DNA of 64,000 nt from an uncultured cyanobacterium (GCA_963740315.1 CAVUDP010000002.1:1696001-1760000), one strand, 5' to 3'; numbered from the stretch's first letter, positions 1 through 9,240 are shown. The notes: generated by a model from the letters alone, not told the origin. Translations and numbers: made by a program.

Positions 1-398
1 TCAATCCCGTTGCCGGGATTCATAAATAAGAAACTTTTTTATTTTCTTGGTGGCGAATGTAATCATTTTTGTTTCAATCCCGTTGCCGGGATTCATAAAT
101 AAGAAACAAAATTAATGACATTTCTCTCCAGTAGAAGCTGCATGTTTCAATCCCGTTGCCGGGATTCATAAATAAGAAACTTTTTTCAGTAAAGGATAAT
201 GGAAAGGGGATTTCTCGTTTCAATCCCGTTGCCGGGATTCATAAATAAGAAACAACATTGTTATTCCCGACATGAGGACTAAGATGGAGGTTTCAATCCC
301 GTTGCCGGGATTCATAAATAAGAAACACCTGCACAAATTGCTTACGCCCAAAAATATGGGAGTTTCAATCCCGTTGCCGGGATTCATAAATAAGAAAC
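1..398 (-). CRISPR. CRISPR array 1 (type I-D), cut by the window edge; 6 repeats (first partial) and 5 spacers visible
   Basis: 37-nt repeat GTTTCAATCCCGTTGCCGGGATTCATAAATAAGAAAC at 71, 144, 217, 290, 362, partial at 1. The reverse complement ends ATTGAAAC and the leader lies to the right, so transcription is on the minus strand. Confidence 0.98.
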
Positions 399-590
399 TC
401 CGCCATCTGAAATCCTTTAACAGAGCTAAATCCAGAGCCGATTTTGACGGGGGGATTTAAAAACTCTATTTCAGCGATTTGAGAAAAGCTAAAACCCAAC
501 ATACGAAACTCTGAAACTATTCAATTATCAAGGTTCTGGCGTTTTGACGGGACATCAGGGTTTTCGACCCCGCTTTCCCCGGTCAAAAAT
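399..590 (-). promoter_or_regulatory. CRISPR leader of array 1
   Basis: Lies between cas2 and the first repeat; its reverse complement aligns along its length with 11572-11764, upstream of array 2. Confidence 0.85.
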
Positions 591-604
591 AGTGTAGCAG
601 ACTT

Positions 605-898
605 TTACAAAATTATAGTATCAATCTGTCTGGGTTGCTCGGAACCGTAGGTAATGGTTTTGCGAATCGAATGAGCATCCAATATATAGATCCGAACTGA
701 ATCTTCTTGCTGTTTAATCAATTGTTCTATTTGTACCTTGAGTTTAGCAAACTGGATTTTCGTTAAAAAACACTCAAATACGCTGTATTGCGTCCATTTT
801 CCGTAACCAGAAAGCAGTTTATGCAGTCTTGTGCGGCGTTTGTTGGCTTTTTTATTGTCGGGTAAATCGTAAATTATCAGGTAAAACGGGGTTTTCAT
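605..898 (-). CDS. cas2: CRISPR-associated endoribonuclease Cas2
   Basis: YLIIYDL N-terminal motif and QYSVFEC; 97 aa; last gene of the cas operon. Confidence 0.97.
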   Translation of the reverse strand: MKTPFYLIIYDLPDNKKANKRRTRLHKLLSGYGKWTQYSVFECFLTKIQFAKLKVQIEQLIKQQEDSVRIYILDAHSIRKTITYGSEQPRQIDTIIL

Positions 899-981
899 CT
901 TCTTTTGCTTTGTAAGGTGTTCCGTAGTGCGAGCATCTTGCTCGCTGGAGCCACATTAAATATGATGGGTTTGTAGTAAGG

Positions 982-1236
982 GCTTCAGCCCTAAATCCGG
1001 AGCGCTAAAGCGCTTACGGAAATTAATCTCTCAGGAATTGCATAATAAATTATTCGCTTCAGCCCTAAATCCGGAGCGCTAAAGCGCTTACGGTTTCGAT
1101 AAGCTAAAGCTAAGCCTACCTTTACAAGCTTCAGCCCTAAATCCGGAGCGCTAAAGCACTTACTATGAAATTATCGTACAAAGCCGACGCAAGGGAATCA
1201 GCTTCAGCCCTAAATCCGGAGCGCTAAAGCACTTAC
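982..1236 (-). CRISPR. CRISPR-like mini-array with a non-canonical, REP-derived 36-bp repeat (4 repeats, 3 unique spacers)
   Basis: GCTTCAGCCCTAAATCCGGAGCGCTAAAGC(G/A)CTTAC at 982, 1056, 1128, 1201, with unrelated spacers of 38, 36 and 37 bp. The structure is certain; CRISPR function and strand are inferred. Confidence 0.6.
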
Positions 1237-1401
1237 TACGAACCTTTTTACCTATCAAAATTAATGTGGCTCCGTACTAGCTACTCAAAAAACATTCCAC
1301 AACTGTGGAAACATCCTGCTCCCTAACTAATCAAAAAACATTCCACAACTGTGGAACATTTTTCTACCCCCTCTACCCCCTCTACCCCCTCCCTAACTAT
1401 T

Positions 1402-2379
1402 TCATCGTCTTGTCAAAGCTTTATAAGGAATTCCTTCTTGCAAATGACGGCTGAATAAACGGGCTTGTAATTCAATGGCGCGTCTGTAGTTGCAGCGATA
1501 ACCGAAGTTGGGATGTTTGAATTCGTCGTTCATTTTCCTTTCCCATGCTTCTAGAAAGTTTTTTCGTGCGCGATCGCAAAGTCGATATGCACCCAAGCTT
1601 TCGGTAAAGTCGCCGGGTTTGATTTCTTTGTGTCTAATCACTGCAAATATCAAGGTATCGGCAATCAAAGGACGAAATTCTTCCATTAAATCCAGTACGA
1701 TCGCAGGTTGCCCTCGTGTGGTTTCGTGTAGATAACCTATATATGGATCTAATCCTGCTACGTGCGCTGCTGCCGTTACCTGAACTCTTAATAATCCATA
1801 GGCAAATCCCAGCAACGAGTTAATTTCGTCGGTGGGTGGTTGCCGATTTCTACCGTCAAAAGTCCAACCTTCGGGTAATATTTCCGACCAGCAAGCAAAG
1901 TATTCTCTAGCGGCTAATCCTTCTACTCCTCTGACTTCATCAAGGGTTTTCTGTTGTTGAACCAGTTGTTTTCTATCTTTGAGAGGATTGTCTTTTTGTC
2001 CGTAGCGGTAGAGAACGGTATGCTGATTGTGAATTTTGGCTGTAACAATTGTTTTAGCTATTTCCAGCTTGCGTTTTTCGTCGCAATATGCTGCATACTG
2101 AGCTAATCTTAATTGTCCGTTGCGGGAATAAGCAGGAAGTGTGGAAGCGAGATGTTTTCCGAAGTAGGAAAGATAGTGAACTGGCATTCCCAATTCCAGA
2201 GCGTAAACTAAAGCATCTCCGGTAACTTGAGGATTTCCCATTAATACAACTTCTTCAACCGTTTGAGCGGGTACGGTATGTTTATTCCAGCTACCATCAG
2301 ATTGTTTGAGAGCAACTTTAAAAGCTTCGTGGGTTTTACTTAAAACGGCATCTGGTTGAGTGATATAAAGTACGGACAT
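1402..2379 (-). CDS. cas1: CRISPR-associated endonuclease Cas1 (type I-D)
   Basis: GVEGLAAREYF, GLDPYIGYLH and DLMEEFRP Cas1 motifs; start placed at MSVLYITQ (2379). Confidence 0.97.
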   Translation of the reverse strand: MSVLYITQPDAVLSKTHEAFKVALKQSDGSWNKHTVPAQTVEEVVLMGNPQVTGDALVYALELGMPVHYLSYFGKHLASTLPAYSRNGQLRLAQYAAYCDEKRKLEIAKTIVTAKIHNQHTVLYRYGQKDNPLKDRKQLVQQQKTLDEVRGVEGLAAREYFACWSEILPEGWTFDGRNRQPPTDEINSLLGFAYGLLRVQVTAAAHVAGLDPYIGYLHETTRGQPAIVLDLMEEFRPLIADTLIFAVIRHKEIKPGDFTESLGAYRLCDRARKNFLEAWERKMNDEFKHPNFGYRCNYRRAIELQARLFSRHLQEGIPYKALTRR

Positions 2380-2476
2380 ATTTAAACCTCGGATAAAGTT
2401 TGTAGTTGTCATTGCGATCGCAGCAACCCCAAAATCTTGCGATTGCTTCGCTTTGCTCGCAATGACGTTTTATAAT

Positions 2477-3073
2477 TCATCTTGAGCGATCGAGCCTAAC
2501 TTCAGAACGTAATTTTTTAACTTCTTTGGGTAGACAAATATTTTTCAAGCTACAGTCTCGACACTTTTTAGGGTTATCGATAGGGGCTGGCATTGGTTTC
2601 GTCAGAGCTTCTCTAGCAGCATGAATAGCCTCTTGAGTAGCTTGACGCAATGCCGATGTAAACTCAACTCGTTCGCGGCGACGGTTGCTGTGGTAGAAAA
2701 TTTCTCCATCTGCGATCGTCTTACCAGTGCGTTCTTCCAGACAAAGAGCCGCACCGCAAAGTTGAAAATGGTCGTTGATATGATTGTTCATTCTTCCCTT
2801 CTTATATTCCAGAGGAATCAGCCGTTCATCTCTCTGTTCAACAGCATCGATAATCCCCTTAATTAAAAGATTATGACTCCACACCCACTGTTGACGATAG
2901 ATAATAGTATCACCTTCGATACACGTACCTTCTTCATTGATATTGCGGTGTAAATGGCGACCCAGGATAATATGTTCGTTGTCTGCATTTTCTCCCAATT
3001 GATATTCCAGATAAAATCGACGCGGACAATATTCCCAAGCGTTTAGATAAGCTAATGGTAGATAATTGTTCAT
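2477..3073 (-). CDS. cas4: CRISPR-associated exonuclease Cas4
   Basis: YCPRR, GIIDAVE, EYKKG, QLCG and C-terminal CRDCSLKNIC Fe-S cysteines. Start placed at MNNYLP (3073); the longer ORF runs through tandem repeats. Confidence 0.95.
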   Translation of the reverse strand: MNNYLPLAYLNAWEYCPRRFYLEYQLGENADNEHIILGRHLHRNINEEGTCIEGDTIIYRQQWVWSHNLLIKGIIDAVEQRDERLIPLEYKKGRMNNHINDHFQLCGAALCLEERTGKTIADGEIFYHSNRRRERVEFTSALRQATQEAIHAAREALTKPMPAPIDNPKKCRDCSLKNICLPKEVKKLRSEVRLDRSR

Positions 3074-3250
3074 GGTAATTTGGTAATTTGGTAATTGGGC
3101 ATCGGAATTGGGCATGGGGCATGGGGAATTGGGCATAGGAAGATAGGGAAATAGAGTATCTTTTAACCCGCGCAGGCGGGTTTTGCCTGTGTAGCAGCGG
3201 TAACAAAGTGCCAGGTTAAAATATTTTTCTCCCCCCATCCCCCCATCCCC

Positions 3251-4060
3251 TCATCCCCCCATCTCTCTCCTAACCTGCCCCATCCCCATCGAGGTTTTAC
3301 GCCCCACCCCCGAAAAAAAGGCGAAATTTGCCAGTATATTCGCAATTTTGGCTTGTTCGTCGTCTTTAAAGCGATATTTTACCCAACCTTGTGCGCCAAT
3401 TTCGGCACCACCTTCCATTTTCAGGGCTTGGGTTTTGAGTTCGTATGCAGATACTAATCCCATCCATTCGATATCGGGAAGTTTATATTCTTCTGGTGCA
3501 AAAGCATTCCAGCGTCTGTGTAATGAACCAAATACTAATTCGGGTAAGGGAAAATTTTGGATATTTTGAGATTGTTTAAAGCTGGTGGGAGAAAGAAAAT
3601 TTAGTTCGATGTCTTTGGTAACGGGGGTTTTAGCTAACAAACTATAATCGGTTGCTCCTGCTAAATGATGGGTTCCCGGTAAGGTGTAGATATTGCGGAT
3701 TACAAAAGGAAATTTCGCCAGAATTACGGGTTTTGTTTCTTGTTGCTGCAATCCATCGAGCAAAGGTTGGATTAAATTGCCATCTAAAAGACATATACGA
3801 AAATAGAAATTATCTCCCGGTTGACTTCCTTTGTGACGGCGATTGCCCAGTAATCCAGATATACTCATCGGTGAAGCCTGAGCTTGGTGGACTAATTCCG
3901 CGATTTTGGGAGAGCCTTGGTGCAACCATTGTAATACCAAAGCATGAATTGCTCTAGAAAGAGTCGCCGGAATTTTTCCTTTATCGGCAGCAGCTATTTC
4001 TACTACTAATGAATGCAAATTCGTAGATTTTTCAGGCTGCAACAGTATTTCTGGCTCCAT
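3251..4060 (-). CDS. cas6: CRISPR-associated endoribonuclease Cas6
   Basis: FLSPTSF and the C-terminal G-rich loop GVGRKTSMGMG. Confidence 0.96.
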   Translation of the reverse strand: MEPEILLQPEKSTNLHSLVVEIAAADKGKIPATLSRAIHALVLQWLHQGSPKIAELVHQAQASPMSISGLLGNRRHKGSQPGDNFYFRICLLDGNLIQPLLDGLQQQETKPVILAKFPFVIRNIYTLPGTHHLAGATDYSLLAKTPVTKDIELNFLSPTSFKQSQNIQNFPLPELVFGSLHRRWNAFAPEEYKLPDIEWMGLVSAYELKTQALKMEGGAEIGAQGWVKYRFKDDEQAKIANILANFAFFSGVGRKTSMGMGQVRREMGG

Positions 4061-4817
4061 AAGATGCCCCCATTGGTAAAGTTAATTGGTTTGGTAGTTC
4101 GGGATGTTGTCTTTTTAAATCTTCCCAATTATTATCTGATTTACTATGATTTGATTTAATATATTCTCCCCTTAGTTGAGCTTGACTAATTAAACTTACT
4201 GGTGGCATGACTATCCGATTGTACAGAAGTAAGCGGGTATTTGGAGATAAATCTAAGGGATTTAAAGGATGATTGCAAATGTAAGTTTCGGATTTATTTT
4301 GAATTGCGCGATCGGGTATTTCGATAATTTCTACTTTAATTTTTGCAGCCCATTTACCCAAACGTATCCATTGAGGAAATTGCATATCATCGGGAGCAGT
4401 AATATAGGTACGATATTTACTACCCACGGCTAATTCTTTGGCTCTACCGTAGTTAATCGGATAATTTTTATCGGCTCCTTTATCACCAAATTGTTTAGAT
4501 TTACCGTAATAAGATACCTGAGCAGCTTTGAAAGTATTTACCTGATAAGACCAATTTATCGGTTGTGCGGGGAATACATAAATTTCAGCTTGATTTAAAT
4601 GTAGTAAATTTTGTTCTGAATTCTCATCCAAATAAGTTGGTTTTTGTGCCCTTTCCCCTTGCAGACGGTAGCATTGGGGAATATAGTTAACATTAAATAA
4701 AGCGAAACTCAACGCCCAATTATGTAAATATTTTTCAGTTTCATAGAGAATACCCATTTCTCTAGTTGCGAAAAATACGTTATCGTGCAGTGTTAGCAGA
4801 CAGTGATATAAAGACAT
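4032..4817 (-). CDS. cas5: Type I-D Cas5 (Csc1)
   Basis: LTLHDNVFFATRE, HNWALSFAL, GRAKELA and WIRLGK; located between cas7 and cas6. Confidence 0.92.
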   Translation of the reverse strand: MSLYHCLLTLHDNVFFATREMGILYETEKYLHNWALSFALFNVNYIPQCYRLQGERAQKPTYLDENSEQNLLHLNQAEIYVFPAQPINWSYQVNTFKAAQVSYYGKSKQFGDKGADKNYPINYGRAKELAVGSKYRTYITAPDDMQFPQWIRLGKWAAKIKVEIIEIPDRAIQNKSETYICNHPLNPLDLSPNTRLLLYNRIVMPPVSLISQAQLRGEYIKSNHSKSDNNWEDLKRQHPELPNQLTLPMGASYGARNTVAA

Positions 4818-4852
4818 TTCAATTTTAATAACGGATGTTTTGGATTTTGGAT

Positions 4853-5019
4853 GGTTTGTAGTAAGGACTTTAGTCCTTTAGCTAGTTCCCAGTCTCAGGC
4901 TGGGAACCGTTTCATCGAGGCTCTGCCTCGCTTCAATTCCGGAGTCAGAGCCTCCCACAAATGCATTACAAGGTAGAACCTTGTAACGAGAAAAAGGACT
5001 AAAGTCCTTACTACGAACC
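4853..5019. repeat. REP doublet (GGTTTGTAGTAAGGACTTTAGTCCTT ... AAGGACTAAAGTCCTTACTACGAACC) with a second palindromic element nested inside
   Basis: Inverted GTAG-plus-palindrome ends; the same family occurs at 968-1244, 6030-6212, 17566-18421 and 54990-55117. Confidence 0.8.
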
Positions 5020-5020
5020 T

Positions 5021-6010
5021 TTAACCTTTTTTCCCTTTCTTCTTCAATGCTCCAAATGTAGAAGCATAAGATTTAGTTTGTTCGGAAAGTGCTGTAATTA
5101 CTTCTTTGAGACTATTTTCGTTTTGATAAATAGCGTTTACTTCACCCACTAATTCTTCTAAATCGGCATCAAAAACAAGATTTGTTTTACGCACGGGTTC
5201 TGAATTAAGTAATTCTTTAGTCACGCTGTTAGCCTTAATTAAAATATCGCTGATGGGAGCATTGATATCACCTTTTAAAGCGTCGTAAAGTGCTTGAGTG
5301 AAATGTAAGTTACTAAAAATTTCTCCATCACAAAAGGCAATTCCCACAAGATGATTTTTCATTGTTCCGGTACGGGATTCTTGGGCTCCGTAACGTCTGG
5401 TTCTCAATAGGTTTCCTAATACGTACAGAAAACCTTCATAGGTGCAGTCGCGCAAAGTTTCGACTGTAGGAAAACTTACTTCTGGTAAAATATGGTCTTG
5501 TTCGTTGATGGAATTTCGCATTTCTCCACCTTCGCTCATGGTACCTCCTTCAAAGGTTGCATTGAAGGTAAAGCTGCGGTGGGCTTGTTCGTATGCACTT
5601 AGAGAGAATGCCGAATCTGAGTAAACTTTGGAACGTTCGGAACCGCTGTCACCGATCGCAAACCCGTAAATAATGCAGTCGGGACATTTTTTACAAGCTT
5701 TCTCGCTGCTGTATTCGCAATATTTTTCTTTATCTTGCTTATCGGCAGTTGTAACTTCTAAAGAGCGCAATAATTCCCTTCCCGCAAGTCTTTCGGGGGT
5801 TGTCTGCTTACGCTTAAACATCACCAAACGACTCATTTGTTCTGCATTTTCCAATCCTGCTTGAGTACGGGCTGTATTAAGAATTCCATCGGTTTGAAAC
5901 ACCGGGAAAGATTGGCTGTGACGCAGCATAATAAAGTGAGCGTACTTCCCAGAGGCTAAACGGGGGAAAGCTGGAGAAAATTGAGATTTGAGGTTTTGTA
6001 GAATAGTCAT
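5021..6010 (-). CDS. cas7: Type I-D Cas7 (Csc2)
   Basis: RLVMFKRKQTTPERL, CKKCPDCIIYGFA and RYGAQESRTG, typical of Csc2. Confidence 0.95.
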   Translation of the reverse strand: MTILQNLKSQFSPAFPRLASGKYAHFIMLRHSQSFPVFQTDGILNTARTQAGLENAEQMSRLVMFKRKQTTPERLAGRELLRSLEVTTADKQDKEKYCEYSSEKACKKCPDCIIYGFAIGDSGSERSKVYSDSAFSLSAYEQAHRSFTFNATFEGGTMSEGGEMRNSINEQDHILPEVSFPTVETLRDCTYEGFLYVLGNLLRTRRYGAQESRTGTMKNHLVGIAFCDGEIFSNLHFTQALYDALKGDINAPISDILIKANSVTKELLNSEPVRKTNLVFDADLEELVGEVNAIYQNENSLKEVITALSEQTKSYASTFGALKKKGKKG

Positions 6011-6029
6011 TGTTTGTTTCCTTTTGATA

Positions 6030-6212
6030 GGTTTGTAGTAAAGACTTTAGTCTTTTGTTTCCTTTTGATAGGTTTGTAGTAAAGACTTTAGTCTTTTGAT
6101 TACTTTTAATAGGTTTGTAGTAAAGACTTTAGTCTTTTGATTACTTTTGATAGGTTTGTAGTAAAGACTTTAGTCTTTTGATTAAGAAGGGCTAAAGCCC
6201 TTACTACGAACC
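6030..6212. repeat. Four tandem 41-bp units containing a REP half, closed by an inverted REP that overlaps the cas10d stop codon
   Basis: GGTTTGTAGTAAAGACTTTAGTCTTTTG at 6030, 6071, 6112, 6153; AGGGCTAAAGCCCTTACTACGAACC ends at 6212. Confidence 0.9.
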
Positions 6213-6620
6213 TGATTCTTGCAAAGCCAACCAGCGGTAAGCGAATTCAGCACCGGATTTGATGCGGTTGCGGTTTTCTTGTAGCAATGCGCGATCGCCT
6301 TGATAAAGCTCGATAAATAATTCTTTGACGCAGGTTGTCATAAATGTGTGGATGGCTTTGATTTCTTCTGCTTGTCTGGTACTGTAATCAACAGATTTGT
6401 TGGCAATTATCGGACGTTTATAAACTTCTTGACGCTCTATTGCATCTCTTAATTGTCCAGCACCTTGTATAATTACGTCTTCGTAATCAACCTGTTGGGG
6501 AACGCTTAAAATTACTTCCAAGGCTTTGGATATGGGAAGTAATATAGTATGGCTTGATTCGCTCAAACTTGCTTGATAAAATGTTCTGTATTCTTGCACT
6601 AATTTAGTCATTAATTTCAT
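6204..6620 (-). CDS. cas11d: Probable internally translated small subunit Cas11d (about 138 aa)
   Basis: In-frame ATG at 6620 preceded by SD-like CAAGGTAGGT; a second ATG at 6611. Internal Cas11d translation is established for type I-D. Confidence 0.65.
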   Translation of the reverse strand: MKLMTKLVQEYRTFYQASLSESSHTILLPISKALEVILSVPQQVDYEDVIIQGAGQLRDAIERQEVYKRPIIANKSVDYSTRQAEEIKAIHTFMTTCVKELFIELYQGDRALLQENRNRIKSGAEFAYRWLALQESGS

Positions 6621-9110
6621 TAAATACCTACCTTGTTCGCTGTTAACTGTTAATTGTTCGGCGTATTTCCAATAACGGAAAACTTCTTGACTGCTGGCAT
6701 CTCTTTTATCCGATCGCAATTTCTGATTGGCTAAGGCAAATACGTTCAATACATTTGTTGTCACTAACCGAACTGTTTTGATTAAATCTCGCCATTTTGC
6801 GTCTGGTGGGGAACTACGAGTATCTAAATGTAAACTGTAAACTATTAACAACCGCTGTATAGCTTTTTGAAAATCTTGAATTCGCAGAGAGTTTGATAAA
6901 CCAAGCAAATTCCAAAAACCTGCTGGTGCGTCAAGAATTACTGATTCATTAAAATCGCGATCGCTGTTGTACAAAGGAACGTTACTGCTGGTTGCAACTA
7001 CTTTTACTCCTAACAACATGGGAAGTGTTAAAGCTAAAAATGCTGGTTGAATCCAGGCATCGGTAAGGGTTTTTCCCGTCGTTTTGGTGTAAGTCATTGC
7101 CATAAAAGGCAAGTCTTCTTTAGTATATTTATCTTGATGAAAACGTCCGGATTCTGCTTCCTCGTTCAACCATTTTAATGATTGTAAAGCCTGATTATTC
7201 ATCCCGGAATTAACCCACTGTTTGCGAATATCCCACATATCTGCTCTTTTCACGTTGTTAACTAAAAGTTTGATAGCGGCAGCGGTTTGTGGTGAATAAA
7301 CGTAAGCAGGAAAGATATATAAAAATATCGGCTGTTGCTCTTCTAATTTTCCCGACGGTACCCCCCAAAAAGCTTGTCTTAACAACATTTCTAACGACCA
7401 TATTTTAGAAATTCCTCGTTTAATTTGACGACCACCTAAAGCATTTTTATTACTATATTGTTGTGGTTTAAATAGTACTACAGAATCCATTTGATCTTCA
7501 GATAAAAACTCGCCGGTACTTAAAGAACAAATCGGTTGTTTGGCGGCTTTGGTTTTGGCTGCAATATAAGATTGTAATTCCAAATCAAATGATATATTGC
7601 TTTGCCATCCTTGAACTTCTAAATATTGCTGTAAATAACTTGCAAATACTTCTTTTGTCGGACTTTGATGTTGGGGAAGTAAATTATTTTCTACTGCCCA
7701 CATAGCTAAATCTTCCGCCCATTCAGACATTTTTGCGATAACTTCTTCTGGCTCTAATGTGGGATTTTCAACAATATAATAAGCTGCTGCTTGATACCAA
7801 CCGTAATTAACTCCTCCCGATTGGACTTGCGTTTGTTCGGAAGTTATTTTATCTGCAATTCCTAAAGTATTTAGCATCCAGTTAATAAATTCGGGAGAGT
7901 TACCTAAGAATTCCTTTTGAGTTAATAAAATAAATTCAGCAATGTAATCAGCGCGAATATCGGCGACTTTAGTTAACAACTCCCGATCGCTTTCAGTTAA
8001 ATCTAGTTTTTCCAATCTTTTAGGAGTCGCGGGATTTTTGAAGTTAGCAACTTTGGCTTTAATTACCGCAGGAAGTTTCGGGATTATATCGGCAGGTGCA
8101 AATAATTCTAAGGTTTGCGGAGCCACTTTTAAACCTTTCCCATCTCGTTTAAATCCAATATCTCCCCCTAACATTTTACTACTCAAAACACCGCCGATTT
8201 GCTGCCAAATAAATTGTTGTAATTCTGAAAAATCGGGAGTTATTGTATTCTTAGGTGCGAGATAAATTATCCCTTGAGCAAAAAACAGAATCGGCTGCCA
8301 TTCTAAATCTTTGGCAAATCGCATTGTAGCGTTGTGAATGCCATTACTTAAAATTCCTACAGTATCTCGCAAGCGGTGATAAACTAGTTTTTTATCTATT
8401 CCTAGAAAACGTAAATGTTCGCGCAGGCGATCGCCACCAGTTTGCGTATCAATATCTCCTGGATCGGTTAAATGAACTGCAACATCACCAAAGGCTAAAA
8501 GATAGCGTAAAGGTAACGTTAAACGGCGAGAATCTTTCACAGCAAATTCAGCTTCTCCCCTCAACCAGTTTGCAGGAATAATATTTGTACCCTGTTTAAA
8601 CTGTGTATTTTGAGCCAGATAAGCGATATCTACAAGATATTTTCGCCACTCCGACCAAAACGAACCAAAGTCAAGTTTTTCTCCTAATTCTTCACATACT
8701 TTGAGAATTGCTGGAATATCATCCGATGACGGAGGTTGAATTGTTTGAGAGCGACAATGCTTATCATAATCGTGTAAGGTTATTCCCAAACAAAGCAGAC
8801 GTTTTTCAATATCTGTAAGATTTGTTGTTAAATAAGGTATTAAATTCCATGATGTCAGTAAAGCATTTAATACGTGAACCATCAAACTTTGATCTGGTTT
8901 TTGCGACCAATTTTGAGCTTTTTCAACAGCGTATTTATCGCCAAGTTGAGATAATATTTGATAATGTGCTGCTTCGGAACCTCCCAAGGCTGTAGTTAAA
9001 GAAAATTCTCGTTCTAAAGCTGGTAAAATTGTTTCAATGTAAGAACGTAAAATTGGATCGGTATCTTCTGGTAAGGTTTCAATTAGTAGGGTTTGTAGTA
9101 AAGTTGTCAT
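6204..9110 (-). CDS. cas10d: Type I-D large subunit Cas10d (Csc3) with N-terminal HD nuclease
   Basis: DQSLMVHVLN ... LGITLHDYDK HD motif and QQYSNKN; 968 aa; follows cas3. Confidence 0.95.
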   Translation of the reverse strand: MTTLLQTLLIETLPEDTDPILRSYIETILPALEREFSLTTALGGSEAAHYQILSQLGDKYAVEKAQNWSQKPDQSLMVHVLNALLTSWNLIPYLTTNLTDIEKRLLCLGITLHDYDKHCRSQTIQPPSSDDIPAILKVCEELGEKLDFGSFWSEWRKYLVDIAYLAQNTQFKQGTNIIPANWLRGEAEFAVKDSRRLTLPLRYLLAFGDVAVHLTDPGDIDTQTGGDRLREHLRFLGIDKKLVYHRLRDTVGILSNGIHNATMRFAKDLEWQPILFFAQGIIYLAPKNTITPDFSELQQFIWQQIGGVLSSKMLGGDIGFKRDGKGLKVAPQTLELFAPADIIPKLPAVIKAKVANFKNPATPKRLEKLDLTESDRELLTKVADIRADYIAEFILLTQKEFLGNSPEFINWMLNTLGIADKITSEQTQVQSGGVNYGWYQAAAYYIVENPTLEPEEVIAKMSEWAEDLAMWAVENNLLPQHQSPTKEVFASYLQQYLEVQGWQSNISFDLELQSYIAAKTKAAKQPICSLSTGEFLSEDQMDSVVLFKPQQYSNKNALGGRQIKRGISKIWSLEMLLRQAFWGVPSGKLEEQQPIFLYIFPAYVYSPQTAAAIKLLVNNVKRADMWDIRKQWVNSGMNNQALQSLKWLNEEAESGRFHQDKYTKEDLPFMAMTYTKTTGKTLTDAWIQPAFLALTLPMLLGVKVVATSSNVPLYNSDRDFNESVILDAPAGFWNLLGLSNSLRIQDFQKAIQRLLIVYSLHLDTRSSPPDAKWRDLIKTVRLVTTNVLNVFALANQKLRSDKRDASSQEVFRYWKYAEQLTVNSEQGRYLMKLMTKLVQEYRTFYQASLSESSHTILLPISKALEVILSVPQQVDYEDVIIQGAGQLRDAIERQEVYKRPIIANKSVDYSTRQAEEIKAIHTFMTTCVKELFIELYQGDRALLQENRNRIKSGAEFAYRWLALQESGS

Positions 9111-9240
9111 AAATACAGGTCAAAGGTTAAAGGTATGATGAGAGGGGGTAGAGGGGGAAGAGGGGGAAGAGTGGGTAGAGGGGGTAGAATAAACTATTTA
9201 AACTGGTAACTAGTTACTGGTAACTGGTAACTGGTAACTG

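Noticed and set aside
272..460. Short ORFs over CRISPR arrays (also at 12192-12712 and 31552-34361)
   Set aside because: They are translations of repeats and spacers (VSIPLPGF...).
1164..1200. Mini-array spacer 3 shares GAAATTATC with the WYL upstream region (15858-15866)
   Set aside because: A 9-nt AT-rich match is expected by chance in 64 kb and is not evidence of guided repression.
3074..3345. Long N-terminal extension of Cas4 and overlapping small ORFs
   Set aside because: They run through heptamer/octamer tandem repeats; Cas4-like sequence starts at 3073.
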